DNA of 59,475 bases from contig JABVCE010000019.1 of the NCBI GenBank assembly GCA_014905635.1, positions 682,001 to 741,475 of the forward strand. The letters run 5' to 3'. The notes beneath the pieces were generated by a model. That model was not told the DNA's origin. It saw only the letters and a list, made by a program, of their open reading frames with translations, and searched no databases. Each line of letters opens with the position of its first letter. The stretch's first letter is position 1. Made by a program: the position numbers and the translations under genes. The DNA is from Scenedesmus sp. PABB004. Lineage: Eukaryota. Shown here piece by piece: positions 39,228-52,945 of this stretch.

Positions 39228-42200
39228 ATGGCGGCGCGCCACATCCGGCGCATGCAGCAGGCGCTGGGCGCGGAGGCGGCGCCCGCCGCCGACGGCGAGG
39301 GCAGCGAGGCGAGCGACGACGGCAGCAGCAGCGGCGACGCCGGCGGCGCTGCTGCCGCGCCGTTCAACCCCTTCGACCTGCTCAGCGACGACGACGAGGC
39401 GGAGGGCGAGGAGGAGGCGCAGGAGAGCGAGGAGGAGGCGCCGGCGCCGCCGCCTCCCAAGCCCCAGGCCGCGCCCGCGGCCGCCGGCGGCGCCGGCGGC
39501 AAGAAGAAGCGCGGCGGCGGCGGCGGCGGCAAGGCGAAGCAGGGCGGCGGCGGCGGCGGCGGCGGCGGGGGCGACGACATCGACGCGCTGCTGCAGGAGC
39601 TCAACATCGCGCCGCCGCCGGCCGCGCCGAGCGCCCAGCCGGCCGCCGCCGCCGCCGGCAGCGGCGTCGCTGGCGCGCTGCCGCCGCTGCTGGGCGTCGA
39701 CCCGCGGCGCATCCGGGGCGACGCGGAGCTGCGGCGCATGTTTGGCGCGGGCGTCGTCGCCGCGGTGGACCGCGAGACGGGTGAGCGGCGGCGGCGGGCG
39801 TGCGGGCCCGAGGCGCTGCCGCGCCGCCCGCGCTGCGCCGCACCCACCACGCGCCGCCGCCTCTTGGTGCCTGCCGCAGGCGGCGGCCGGCGTGGCCCCG
39901 GCGGGGGTGCGGGCGCGTCGGCGCGCGCCGCGGTGCGGCGCCGGCAGGTGAAGAAGCTGCTGCTGGTCACGCCGGCCGACCACTGGCCGCTGGCGGACAG
40001 CGGCATCAGCATGAAGCAGATCGGTGTGGCGCCGCGGCGGGCGGGGGAGGGCTTGGGAGGCGGGGCGCCGCCCGCCTCGCAGCCCGCCCCGCCGCCTGCA
40101 CCTCCGCCTGCCCGCTCACGCCCGCCGCGCGCGTCCAGGCACCGGCCCCGAGGGCCTCCCGCGCTTTGCGTACGCCTGGTCGGCCAACTACGGCGCCGCG
40201 CAGCGCGTGTTTGAGGCGGCGCAGGCGAGCTACGACCCCAACGCCGTCGGCGCGGTGCTCGCGCAGTTCCCCTACCACGTGGACAGCCTGCTGGCAATGA
40301 ACGACCTCTACCGCTCAATGGGCGAGGCACAGGCGCGCGCGGCGCAGCAGCGGCGCCGCGCGGCGCCGCGCGGCGCCGCGCGGCGCCGCGCGGCGGCGCG
40401 CGCTGCGAGCGGCCGCGCCCCGCCCCGCGGCGCAGACCGCGGACGACCTGCTGGCGCGCGCGCTGTACGCGCTCGAGGCGGCCTGGGCGCACGGGTTTGA
40501 CCCCGTCGCGGGCGGGCCGTCGTGCCGGCTGGACATCGAGGCGCGGGAGAACAAGGGGCTCTTCGTCGCGCTCTTCAGACACGCACAGGCGCGCCGCGGT
40601 GGCGCGCACGCCCACGGCCAGCGCGGCGCGCCGCGCCGCACGCCGCGCGCGCGCGCGCGCCCACGCTCGCGCCGCCGCGGCCGCCGCGGCGTCGCAGTCG
40701 CTGTCGCGGCGCGGGTGCCACTCGAGCGCGCTGGAGGTGACCAAGCTGCTGCTGAGCCTCGACCCGGAGGACCCGCTGGGCGGGCTGCTGCTGCTCGACT
40801 ACCTCGCCCTGCGCGCGGGTGAGGCGGCGCGGCGGCGGCTGCACACGGCGCACGGCGCACGGCGCACGGCGCACGGCGCACGGCGCACGGCGCACGGCGC
40901 ACGGCGCACGGCGCACGGCGCACGGCGCACGGCGCACGGCGCACGGCGCACGGCGCACGGCGCACGGCGCACGGCGCACGGCGCACGGCGCACGGCGCAC
41001 GGCGCACGGCGCACGGCGCACGGCGCACGGCGCACGGCGCACGGCGCACGGCGCACGGCGGGCCAGCCCCGCCTGGCGCCCGGGCGGCGCCCGCCCTCAA
41101 CCTCAACCCCGCCGCGGCGCCCCGCAGGAGCGTTTGGCTACCTCGAGCGCTTTGTGTCGGAGTTTGACAGCAGCCACTCGCTCGCGCTGCTGCCAAACTA
41201 CGCGTTTGCGCTGCCGCTTGCGCGCCTGCGCCTCGAGCAGGCCGCACAGGCAGCGCAGGGCAGCAGCAGCGCAGGCGCTGCTGCCGGCGGCTCGCCGGCG
41301 CCGATGAGCAGCCTGACGCTGCTGGCGCAGGCGCTGCTGCTGCACCCGCTCGTGCTGCGTGAGCTCATGGCCAAGCTGCAGGGCCAGGGCGTCGGCAAGG
41401 ACCTCGCCAGCACCAGCCTGCTCTCGCGGCGCCTCTTCGCAAAGGCGCGGCGCGCAGGGCGCCGCGCACGCCGCGCGCGCCGCCGCCGCGGTCTCCGCAT
41501 TGCCAAAGCCACACCACGCGCCGCCGCCGCGCCTGGGACGCAGGCGAGCGACCACGGCAGCGAGAGCCTGGGGCACCTCATCGGCCTCTTTGTGGAGCGC
41601 TCGCACCAGCTCTGGAAGGCGCCCGACGTGCAGGCCTGGCTGCGCGTGGCGGCCGAGGCCGCCGCGGACGTGGCCGACGGCAAGCGCCGCGGCGGCGTGC
41701 CGAGCGCGCCCGCGCGGCCGCCGGGCAGCCTGCCGCGGCCCGACGAGGTCCCGGTGGAGGGCAGCGCCGAGGACTGGGCGTGCGTCGCGCGCGAGAGCTT
41801 CCCCGCGACCGGGCGCAACGAGTACAGCCACCTGCGCGTGGCAGACTTCAGCGACACAGTTAACGCCCTGCCCCAGGCGCGGACGCGGGCGCGCGCGCGC
41901 AGCCGGCCGGCCCGGCGCGCCCGCGCGACGGAGCAGCGCCGCCGCTGCCGCGCACGACGCGCGCTGCGGGTGCGCGCTCCGCCGCGCCGCAGGAGGAGAT
42001 GCAGGCGGCCATGGGCGGCGGCGGCGCGCCCGGGCAGGTGCGCTGGCGGCCGCGCGCACGCGGGCGCGGCGCGGCGACGCGACGCGCCTCTCACGCGGCG
42101 CGTGGCTGCCGCGCAGGACGGGGACGCGATGGAGGCGCTGGAGGACATGCTGGTCGCGCAGCAGCTCGCCGCGGCGGGCGGCGGCGGCGCTGGCGGCCCC

Positions 42201-42410
42201 CCGGGCGGCGCCGGCCCCGGTGCGATGACCGAGGAGGAGCTGCGGGCGGGGAACCCGCTGCTGATGCTGCTGCAGAGCATGCTGCCGTGGGTCAACGCGG
42301 GCCGGCAGCCAGACTACGCCGCCGACGACGCACCGCCGCACCAGGGCCAGCCGCCGCCACCGGGCGGCGCGGGCGGCGCGGGCGGCGCGGGCGGCGCAGC
42401 TGCGCAGTAA
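39228..42410 (+). CDS. TCF25: TCF25/Rqc1 (Nulp1) ribosome quality control protein homologue (multi-exon)
   Basis: [87 protein letters not shown]. Confidence 0.88.
40844..41060. repeat. Perfect 7-bp intronic tandem repeat (CACGGCG), about 31 copies
   Basis: Directly visible uninterrupted array within a TCF25 intron. Confidence 0.95.
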
Positions 42411-42567
42411 GCGCCCACCGGCGGCGGCGGGGCAGTGCAGTGTGCCGTGCGCCGTGCCGCGGCGTGGGCGGAGTAACGTTGACCGCGCGCGACCGGTCGC
42501 AGCGCTTACACTGTGGCCTGCAGGCCGGGGTGGGCAGCTGCCTGCGAGCTCGCCGCTGCAAGCGCGC

Positions 42568-45500
42568 TCACTCCTCGTGGCTGGACGGCCGGCTGCCGGG
42601 CGCGCCGCGCCGCACCCCGCCGGCGCTGCCGTGCTGGGGCCCCAGCTGCAGCAGCGAGCCGATGCCGCGCGCGAGGCCGACGACCGCGCCTCCGCTCGCG
42701 TCCAGCAGTCGGCGCATCTCGTCGGCGAGCGCCGCCTTGACCTCTGGCTCCAGCAGGAAGCCGCCGTGTGGCAAGTGGGCGGCGTACATCACCTGCGCGG
42801 GGGCGCACGGGGCGGCGTGCGGGGGCGGCGCGGCGGCTGCGAGCAGCGCGTGCGCCCGGGCCTGCCAGGCGTGAGCTGGCGCGGCGCCCGCGGCCACCTT
42901 GACGTGCCCCGCGTCGCGCAGCATCGCGCTGACCGCGGGCGCGTCCATCAGGTCGTCCTGCCCGCTGAGCAGCACCACGCTGCCGGGCGCCAGGTCCTCA
43001 GGCCACAGGTTGAGGGACGTCCTGGGAGCGGCGGGGCGGGGGCGGCCCGCTGGGCGCGCCCGCGGCGCGACGCGGGCGCGGCGCGGGCGCGGACGGTGCG
43101 GGCGCGCGGCAGCGCAGGCCCGCGGCGGCGCAGGCGCGGCGCACCAGTAGAAGCGGCGCGCGCACGTCGCCGAGAGGTGCACCTCGCGCGCGATGAGCTG
43201 GCGGCCGGCGGCCTTGGCAAGCTCCGCCAGCCTGCGGCGGCGGGCGGCGCGTTCGGGCCGGCGCGCGGCGCGCGCGGCGCCGAGGGCGCCGAGAGGGCGC
43301 CGAGGGCCGCGCCGCACTCACTCGTGCCAGCCCCAGCTGTGCAGCCGTGGGAGCTGCTTGCACAGGAAGTTCTGCGGGGTGGGCGGGAGGAGGAGGGCAG
43401 GGTGTTTGAGAGACGGCAGGGCGCGGCCTTGGCAGTCACGCGCAGCAGGCTGGCCGCACCTGCAGGAGGAGCGGCATGAACTGCGGGGCGCGGGTGCAGC
43501 GGCGGGGCACGGCGGTGTGGCGGGCGGCGGGGCGTGGCGGCGGCGCGGCGGCCCCCCGCGCCGCACCATGCCGATGCAGACAGGGTCGATGAGCAGCGTG
43601 TGGGCGACGCGCGCAGGGGAGCGGCGAAGCAGCAGCCCTCCAACTATGGTTCCGTAGGAGTGACCCACGATTGCTACGCGCGGCAGCGCAAGTTTGTCCA
43701 GCAGGCCGAGCACGGCGTCCGCCACCTCCTCCGCCGTGTACACGGCCCCCCAGCGGCAGCTGATGTTGTGCAGGTCCAGCGCGATCACCGGCGCGCCGGC
43801 GCCCAGCAGCCAGAGCACGAGCTCGAGATATGCCGGCAGGCCCCCCATCCCATGAAGGAACAGGACCGGCGGCGGCCCCGCCGCACCGCCGCCGCCGGCG
43901 CTGCCGTCCCCGGAGACGGACAGCGCCGCGCTGAGCGCGTCGACCAGCGGGTTGGCCCCGCCCGCGAGCAGCGCGCTCGTGCGGCTCGACAGCCCCGGCG
44001 CGCCGCCCCGCGGCGGCGGCACCCAGGGAGCGCTGGACGCCCGCTGCGCTGCCCGCCCCGCGCCCGCGCCGCCGCCCGCGACCGGCTCCGACTGCTGCGC
44101 GCTCGCAAGGCGTCCTCTGCTGCTGCTGCTGCCGCTGCGCGCCGCCCCCGGCGGCGGCGCCCCGACGTCGCTGCGGCAGCGCAGCGCGCGGCCTGGCTCC
44201 ACCGCCGCAAGCGCCTGCTCGGCACTGCTGTCGCAGCCCGGCGTCGGCGAGCCGTCCACCGCAAAGGGCGTCCAGTCGGGGGCGTCGGCACCGCTGCTGT
44301 CGGCCGCGACCGTCTCCACGCTCCAGCTGCAGCTGGGCGCGCCGCTGCCGGGCTCGCCGCCGCCGGGGCGCGGCGGCGCGGCGGCAGGGCCGACCGACGC
44401 CTGTGACCGGCAGCCCGGCGGCAGGCCCTGCTCCTGCTCGCGCCGGCACAGGAGCTGCTGCCGCTGGGCGGGCCCGGCACCGCCGCCGGGCCCCTCAAGC
44501 TCCTCGGTGAGCTCAGGCAGCCCCGCGGCCTCCGCCTGCGGCAGCGACCGCGGCGCCCGGGTCGGCGCGCGCCCCTGCCGCCGCCCTGCCGCCGCGCCGC
44601 TGTCGCACTGGAGCCCTCCGGCGCCCCTGCCTGCTCACCAGGTCGTGCATGGTGCGAATGCGCCCGCCACCCACCGGCACGTCGATGTCGTCGCGCAGCG
44701 CCGCCTCGTCGCCGCCAGCAGCCAGCAGCGGGCGCGGCGGGGGCTTGCTCAGGCCAAGGCAGTAAAACGTCAGCCCAGCGTGGTGGTGCCGCGCGAAGCC
44801 CCAGCGCCGCAGCAGCTGCGAGGCGCCCCAGCCGGCCGCCCAACTCGCGGCGTAAAACCCCAGCGGCCGCCACTGCGCGCCCAGCGGCTCCCAGAGATGC
44901 CCGAAGAAAGCCAGCCGCGGGTCGCGCCCGGGCGGGAAGGTCACGCCCCACAGCGCCTCGAGGCGGTCAACCATCTCCCCCGGCACGCCGCCCAGCCCCG
45001 CCGCCGCGAGCTCCGACCTGCGAGCGCATTTTGTCAGGCAATGCGGCCGCCGGCGGCACACCCGTGTGGGCGGTCGCCTCGCGCCACGCGCGCCCCCGCC
45101 GCGTCCCCGCCGCGCCCCCCACCCCGCCCTTACGTGGGGCGGTAGAAGAAGCCATACGCCACAAAGTCCTCCACGTTCCCTGCACGCGCGGGGCGGGCAG
45201 GCGGGCGCGCGCGCGGCGGCCGCGTCAGCGCACACACACACCGCTGCCGTCCGCGGCGGCTGCGCGGCGGGCGGCGGGGCAGCCGCGACGGGCGCGCGCA
45301 CCGCGGCGGATGTCTGCAAAGTCTGCGCCGCGGAACCAGCGCGACAGGTAGGCCTCGTGGTCCAGGCTGCCCCGCCGCGCCGCGCAAAAGGTACAGAAGC
45401 GGTCAAACGCGGCGCGCCCGTCGTGCCCCGGCGGCACGTGCACCGCAGGCTGCGCGTTGAGCTGCTCGTAGCGCGGCGCCCAGGCGCAGAGGTAGAACGC

Positions 45501-45695
45501 CGCTTCCACGATCAGCCACGCTGCTGCCAGCCGCCACCGGAGGGGCCAGAGCACGGCAAGCAGAGAGGAGGCCACCAACGCGAGAGCGGCAGCCCCCAGC
45601 AGCAGCCGCAGCGGCCGGGCGCCGCGGCGCGGCGTCGGCGCCGGCGGCGCGCTGCGGTGCGCCGCTGCCGCCCCATTGAGAGCGGCGGGAGCCAT
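42568..45695 (-). CDS. Alpha/beta hydrolase with N-terminal membrane segment and long low-complexity insertion (multi-exon)
   Basis: PVLFLHGMG, nucleophile elbow VGHSYGT, LLIDPV, LSGQDDL (Asp) and HLPHGGFL (His). Hydrophobic N-terminal LLLGAAALALVASSLLAVLW. Confidence 0.82.
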
Positions 45696-46762
45696 GGGAC
45701 TTCTGCTGCTTCGTCACCGCCGGCGGGCCATGGGCGCCCCGCCTTGGCGCGGCGGCGGCTGGCAGCAGCGTTGCGGAGGTGGCGCTGCTGCTCCTGCGCG
45801 GCGTGGGGCGCGCCTGCGTGCCCTAGGCGCTCCCGGTGATCGCGCGGGCTGTCAATGCGGGGATCACGATCAGGCTGGGCGCAGAGTTCGCGGGCTGGCA
45901 CGGCGGCAGCGGTTTTTGAGGGGTCGTCACGAGCAGTTGCCGTTCGTCACTTGCGGTCGTCGTCGCCGTCCACCCTGGCCGCGCGGCCACGCCATGCGCC
46001 GCGCGGACGCACTGAGCGGGAGAGAGAGAGAGAGAGGGGCGCCGCCGCCCACGGCGGCGGCGGCAGCGCGCGCGCGCTCGCGCGGCGCGGCTGCGCACAC
46101 GCGCACGCGCGCGCGTGCCCGCGGTGCACATGCAGCCCCAGCCAAAGCTGCGTGCGCCGCAACACTCTGGGAATGGTCAGCAGTGCGCTAGGTGTGTGAA
46201 GAGCAGAAGAATGTAAAGGCGCCGCCCCCGCCTGGCCCCCCGCGCCCCACCCCGGGCGCCGCCAGGCATGCCTGGAAGCGATGGCCCCGCCCCGCCTGCC
46301 AACGCTCCCTCCGGCCGCCCCGATGCCCCCTCCCTCCCTGCCCTGCCCGGCCCCCCTGCGCATCACGCTACGCCGTCCGCAGGACCGCCAGCGACGCGGC
46401 AGGGCCCGCGCGCGCGGCTGCGCTGCGACCAGCGCGGAGCGGCCGCTGCCGCCGTGGCCGACCGAATCCTGCCGGCGCGCCGGCGGCGCGCCGGCGGCGC
46501 GCCGCGCAGCGGCCCGCAGCGCCCACGCTCAACCTGCACACCGCGCCAGCTGCACCCCCTCCCGCCCCGGGCCGGCCGCAGCTGCTGCTGCTGCGGCGCA
46601 ACACACGGCTGCGCCGCATGCCGGCCCGTCCCGACCCCACGGTCCGGGGGCGGCGCGCTGCTCCTGCCGCCGCGCGCCCTCCTCCAAGCCGCCTGCCGCG
46701 CCGCGGCCAGGCCCTTCCACAACAGCAGCGCCGTGCCGCGCCGCCCTGCTGCGCGCGGGCGC

Positions 46763-48693
46763 CTAGCCCAGGCTGGGGAAGGCGCTCGTGTCCTCCACGT
46801 TGATCGCCGCGCCGCCGCCGCCCCCGGCGCCGCGGCCGGGGCGGGGCCCGCTGTACGCGGGGCGGTCGCCGCCAAAGCGGCCGCCGCCGCGGTCGCCGCC
46901 AAAGCGCCCGCCGCGCCCGCCGCGGTCGCCGAAGCGCCCGCCGCGGCCGCCGCGGCCGCCGCGGTCGCTGCTGAACGAGGGCGGCGCGCCGGTGTCGACG
47001 ACCTGCGCGGGGCGCGGGCGGCGCAGGGGGGCGCTCAGGCACGTGCGCGTCTCGCGCCGCGCCGCCTGCCACGGCGCGCCCCAGCGCGCGGCGCGCCCGC
47101 GCGTGCGCGCGCGCGCACGCGCGAGGCGGCTGGGGCGCGTGCTGCGCGGCGGGCGGGTCACCTTGAAGCTGGTCTCCACCTTGACCACCTCCTTGAGCGC
47201 CTTGGCGCGCGGGCCCTTCTTCTCCTTGGCGCTCGACACCTGCGGGGCGCGCCGCGGCGCGGCGCGCGCGGGTCGGCGCCCGCGGGCGCGGCGCACGTGC
47301 GCCCGCGCGTGCGCTCACGGCGGCGGCGCGGCGCCGCCGTGCGGACGAGGCGCCGCACCTCGAGCGGGTTCTCCTCCGCCTCCTCGTCCTTCTTGACGAC
47401 CTTGAGGTTGGCAAACTCGCTCGCGTCGATCTGGCGCACCGCGCGGGCCTTGTTGAGCTCGGCCTTCTTCTCCGCCAGCAGCGCCTCGTACTCGTCCAGG
47501 CTCATCTCCTTGGCCTCCTCCACCGCGGGCTCCTCGGGCGCGGCCTCCTCCGCCGCGGCGTCGCCCTCGGCGGGCGCCTTCTCCGCGGGCTCCTCGGCCG
47601 CCGGCGCCTCCTCGGGCGCGGGCACGTCGCCGCTGCTTGGGGGAGGCAAGGGCGGCAGCGCAGCAGTCAGCGCGGGCGCAGCTGCCACGCGCTGCCCGCC
47701 GCCGCCGCCGCTGCCGCCGCTGCCGCCGCTGCCGATGCTGCTGCTGCTGCCACCGCTGCCACCGCTGCCGCCGCTGCCAGCGCTGCCAGCGCTGCCGCCG
47801 CAGGCCGAGCGCCGGCGCCAGCAAGCCGCCGCCGCGCACCTGCCGTCCTCGGCGCCCCAGTTGCCGCGGCCGCCACCGCCGCGCTTCTGGCCCTCGTAGC
47901 TGCGGCAGCGCGCAAGCAGGCAGGCGCGTGAGCGACAGGCCGGGGATCCCCCGGCGACATCCGCGCCGCCCCCCGCGCGGCGTCCCGCGGCGGCGGCGGC
48001 GGCGGCGCGCGCACCCGCGGCCGGTGCCGTCGTGGCGGTCGAACTCGCGCCGCGGGCGGCTGCTGTCGTAGGTCCCGCGGCCCGCGCCGCGGCCGCCGCG
48101 GGTGCCGCGGCCCCGAAACTCGCCCGTGCCACGGCCGCGGCCGCGCGCGGCGGGCGCGCCTGCGGGGGCGGGCGCGGCAGCAGCGTCGGCTGCTGATCGG
48201 CGCCCCCGCGCCGTCCCGGGCGCGCGCGACCAATGCGCAGGCGCGGACGACGCGCGGGCCCGCGCTCCCGCCGCCGCACCCGCGTCATAGCCGTTCTCGG
48301 CCACCTCGCCGCCCTCCGGGCGGGGGCGCCAATGCCCCGCCCGCGCCCGGGCCCCGGCCGCGCACGTCGCCGCGGCCGCCGCGGGTGCCGCGGCCGGAGT
48401 CGGGACGCGCCACCGCGGGCTTGGCGGGCGCGGCTGCGGGCGGCGCGGGCGCGGAGCGGGCGCGGCGCGAGGGCAGCAATCGGATCGCTGGCGGCGTGCC
48501 GCGCGGGGGGCCCGCACCGCCCGCCCCGCCGGCGCGGCCGCTCCCAATCGGCCCCGATCGGCCGCGGCTCACCCTTGGGCTCCTCCTTCTTGCCCGCGGC
48601 CTTCACGGCGGGCACCTTGGCGGCGAGGGCCTCGATGTTGGGCTCCGTGTCGCCATCGTCGTTCAGCAGATCAAAGGGATTGACGTCGGCCAT
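46763..48693 (-). CDS. RGG-repeat RNA-binding protein, Stm1/HABP4-SERBP1 family (multi-exon)
   Basis: MADVNPFDLL, RREFDRHDGTGR, KRGGGGRGNWG, KEMSLDEYE, RGG repeats, and C-terminal INVEDTSAFPSLG*. Confidence 0.9.
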
Positions 48694-49127
48694 GGCTGCT
48701 GCGCGCGCGAGCTCCCTTGGGCTCGTCGGCGCCTGCCGGTCAGGGGGCGCTCAGTCCGGTGTGCGGGCGACGGCAGGGGTGGGGGGAAGGGAGGGAGAGT
48801 GGCTCTGAGACGCGCCCTGCGCGGGCGCTGGCCAGCGGGCAGGGCGCGAGGAGCGCAGCAGCAGCAGGGTCTAGGCGCCTGCTGCGTGCTCGGTGTCGCG
48901 CCAGCCTGCCCGCAGCGCCCGGCAGAGCGCCCGCCGGCGGCCCCGCCCTCGCGACGCAGAGCCGGCACCGCCCGCGCGCCGCAGGCGGCGCCGTCCCTCG
49001 CGCGCGCGCGGGCGCGAGACAGCAGCGCGCCGCGCAGACCGCCGCCCGCCGCTGGAGCGGCAGCATGCCGCACCGAGACCGCGGCGCCACCCCACCCGGC
49101 CCGTGAGCGGGAGAGGCGGCAGCAGCG

Positions 49128-52100
49128 ATGGCCGCGCCGGCGGAAGCGCCGCCGCCGCTGGCCGCGGCGCCGCCGGCCCCGGCGCCCGCCCCGGCGCCGC
49201 CGCCCGACTGGTCGGGGCGCGTGCTGTTCCTGGTCGTGGCGAGCGGCGCCGACCCGGGCGCGCTGGACGAGCGGCGGCCGGCGGGGCCGCGCTACACGCG
49301 CGACAGCCTGCGCGCGCTGCTGCAGCTGCTGGGCTGCAAGCCCCGCCTCGCCGCCAAGGTCGCGGCGGCCGTGTTTGGCGGCGTCGAGGCGGCCGTCGCG
49401 GCGGCGCGCGGCGCGCGCGGCGGCGCGCCCGGCTTTCGCGTGCACCCGCACCGCAACGGCAAGGTCGGCGTGAGCCTCGCGCGCCCCGACTTTGCCGCGC
49501 TCGTGTCGACCTGCGCCGCGCGCTACGCCCTCAAGATCAGCCCCGCCAGCGACGAGCTGCGCGTGGCCTGCAGGCGCGCCCGCGCGGCGGGCGGCGCGCG
49601 CGCCGCGCGCGGCGCGGCGGGAGGCGGCGAGCGGGGGCGATGAGCGCACCCCGCCCCGCGCCGCCGCCCCCACGCGCCGCAGCCTGTGCGAGCGGCGGCG
49701 CTGCGTGATTGTGCTGCTGTGCGGCACCAGCGGGAGCGGCAAGTCCACGCTGGCCTCCATCCTGGTGCGGCGGCGGCGCCCGGCCGCGCCAGCGCCGCGC
49801 GGCTGGGGCATGGCTCACGGCCGGCCACGACCGCCGCCGCCGCCGCCGCCGCAGGCCAACCGGCTGGGCATCACCACCGTCATCAGCACCGACAGCATCC
49901 GGCACATGCTGCGCAGGTGCGGCGCTGTGTGTGTGTGTGTGGGGGGGGGGGCAAAGCAGCGTGCGCGGCCCCAAGCAACGCCGGGCCGTTGGCGGTCCTG
50001 CGCTGCCGGCTGACGCGCGCCGCCGGCTGACGCGCGCCGCCGGCTGACGCGCGCCGTCGCAACCGCTCGCAGCTTCTCCAGCCGCGAGGCGGCGCCGCTG
50101 CTATGGGCCAGCACCTACCAGGCGGGCGAGTGCGTGCGCAGCGGCCCAAGCGAGGTGTGGCGCCGCGCGGGTCGCCGCGCGCGCCGCCGCGCGCGCCGGC
50201 GGCGCACACCGCCGCCGCGCGCACCGCGCAGGCGCCGCTGAGCGAGGGCGAGCGCGTGCTGTGCGGGTACAAGGCGCAGTGCGAGCTGCTGGCGGAGCAG
50301 CTGGAGCTGCTCGTCGCGGGCTGCGAGGCGCGGCGGCAGAGCCTCATCGTCGAGGGTGCGGCGTGGCGCCTGCGCGCGAGGCGTCGCGCCACCGCCTCGC
50401 CGCTGCCGCCACGCCCGCCCCGCTCGCCCCGCGCGCGCCGCGCAGGCGTGCACCTCAACGTGAGCCTGGTGCTGCCGCTGATGGCGCGGCACGCGTGCGT
50501 GCTGCCGTTCCTGGTGCACATCGGGAGCGAGGCGAAGCACGTTGAGCGCATGGCGGTGCGGGCCAAGTACATGACGCTCGACCCGCGCGCCAACCGCTAC
50601 GTCCGCTACATCGGCGCGATTCGCCTCATCCAGGTGCGTATGTGTGTGCGTGTGCGCGTGTGTGTGTGTGCGTGTGTGCGCGCGTGTGTGTGCGTGTGTG
50701 CATGGGGGGGGGGGGGGGCTTGGCCGCGCGCGCCGCCGACGCGCCGCCGGCGCGCCGCCGACGGCACCGACGCGCGTGGCAGGAGTACCTCGCGCGCAAG
50801 GCTGACAAGGCGGGCCTGCCGCGCGTGGACAACACCAACCCCGACCGCAGCGTCGGCGTCATCCACCTCACCATCATGGCGTGAGCCCCGCCCGCCGCAG
50901 CGCCCCCGCACCCGCCGCCAGCGCGAGCGCCGGCGCCAAACGTGCCGCCCGCGGCCGCCCGGCGCGCGCGCAGCTGCCTGCGGCGCATGGCCAAGGGCGA
51001 GAGCGTGCTGGACCACGCCAGCGGCACCGCGCGCCTCCTGGCGGCCGAGTACGCGGCGGTGCTGGAGCACCTGTCGGGCGAGGAGGAGCGCGCCGAGGCG
51101 GTGGCGGCCGCGGCCGCGGCGGGCGCGGGCGGCGCGGCGCTCGCGGCGGCGGCGGCCAGGGGCGGCCCCGGCGCAGGCGCAGGCGCGGGTGCGGGCAGCA
51201 GCAGCGGCACCGGGCTGCTGCGCGGCGCGGCCGCAGATGCAGGGCCCAGCTGCAGCAGCAGCAAGGCCCCGCTGGCTTCGGTGGCGGCGGCCGCAGCGGC
51301 GGCAGCGGTCGCGGGCCGGCCCGACGGCGGCAGCGCTGCCGGCCCGAGCTCCCCGCCGCAGCAGCGGCAGCAGCCGGCGGTCGACGCCACGCTGGACGTG
51401 GTGCCGCCGCCCGTCCTGCCGCCGCTGGACACCACAGCCTGGCGGGCGAGGCACAGCGGAGGCGGCCTCAGCGCCGCCTTGGCCGCTGAGCCCGCAGCGG
51501 GTGGCAGCAGCTCCGCAGCTGCGGGCGCGGCCGCGAACGGGCCCGGAGGCGACGGCAGCGACAGCCCCTCAGACCTGCTCCTCTGGTCGGCTGAGGGCCC
51601 TGTGCTGCGCTGGGAGAGGCTGCTGCAAAGCAGGCGCGTGCGCGCGGCGGCGGGCGCAAGGCCGCAGCTCGCTGGGCGCCGCGCAGCTGCTGACGCCTCG
51701 CCTGCCCCGCCCACTGCGCAGCCGGCTGTCGCCTGGCGACGAGACTGGCTCGCCCGTGTCGCCGCTGGCCGCGGCCGGGCTGACCATGCGCGTGCCGCGC
51801 GGCGCCAGCCACCTCGCCCCGTTTGCCACGACCGCGGGGCCGGCCGACGGTGCTGGCGGCAGCGACGACGTCAGCGCGACCGCGGCGGCGGCGGCGCGGA
51901 GCGGCGGCGCTGATGGCGCCGGCCCAGCGGCGAGCGACGCGCGCGCGGACGCGGGCGGCGCGCGCGACGCGCGGGCGGGCTGGGACAGCGACGAAGCGCT
52001 GGTGAGCAGCGGCGAGGAGCTGGACGAGCTGGGCAAGCTAGGCAGCAGCGACAACGAGGCCGAGCGGTTCACGCAGGCGCGCCGTGCCGGCCGCGCTGGG

Positions 52101-52718
52101 GGCTGAGCCGGCGCCGCGCTGGGGCCGCGTTTAAGGCATTGCCGCGCCCGCCCCGCCTGCTCACACGCCTGCGTCCCCCCCGCTCTTGCCCCGTTGCGCC
52201 CCTGTTGACCTCAGGAGTACGGCTACGGCTATGGCAGCGTGGCCGAGTCGACCACCGCGGACGAGCACGACGACGACGACCCCGACCCCGCGCCGGGGCT
52301 GCGCGCGTGGCACGGCGGCATGGCACGCGCACTGTGGCCGCCGCCCGCCAGCGCGCGCGCGCACGACGTGCTCGCCACGCTCGCCGGCCACGCCCCGCAC
52401 GCGGCGCCGCCCACGGCGCGGCGGCGGCCCGTGAGCGCGGGCGCCGAGGGCGGCGGCCCGGCGGGGCTGCCGCCGCACGTCGGCGGCGCGCGGGGCTTCC
52501 GGCGAAGCACGAGCGCGGTCGCGCGCGCGGCCGGCGCGCGCGGCGCCGCCGGCGGCCGGCGCTGGTCGGGCGCGGCCAGCGCGGACGGCGACGCGGCGCA
52601 GGCCATCGAGGCGAGCCCGCGCAGGTCGGGCGCGGCCAGCGCCGACGGCGGCCCGGCGCCGCCGCCGGCGTCGCGCCCGCCGCCAGCGGCAGGCGCGCGG
52701 ACCGGGACTGACGATTGA
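49128..52718 (+). CDS. P-loop NTPase, LPA1 / 2-phosphoglycerate kinase-like (multi-exon)
   Basis: [86 protein letters not shown]. Confidence 0.88.
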
Positions 52719-52945
52719 TGCGGCGCGGGTGCCATCTGCAACGAGCGCCGCCCCGCGGCATCCCGGCCAGTTCCTCTCATTGTCCCAATCCGCCAGAGCC
52801 CATAGTCGAGCACCCCGCCTGACCCGACCGCTGTTCCAGTGCCGGCGCGGCAATTGCGCTCGACGCGCTGCGGCGAGACGCTCATTGTCCCATCTTCGGC
52901 GCCCGTTAACTGCCCGGCAAGGCGGCAACAGCCCTCGACGCCGGC

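Noticed and set aside
37211..40744. 1177-aa ORF and many other long Arg/Ala/Pro-rich ORFs
   Set aside because: They are antisense or off-frame to recognisable spliced genes. Stop codons are rare at this GC content.
45714..45731. Five-codon uORF (MARRR*) upstream of the hydrolase
   Set aside because: The transcription start is unknown and such a short ORF is expected by chance.
30646..48693. Proteostasis cluster (HSP101, TCF25, Stm1-like)
   Set aside because: The genes are interspersed with unrelated ones, and chance adjacency is sufficient.
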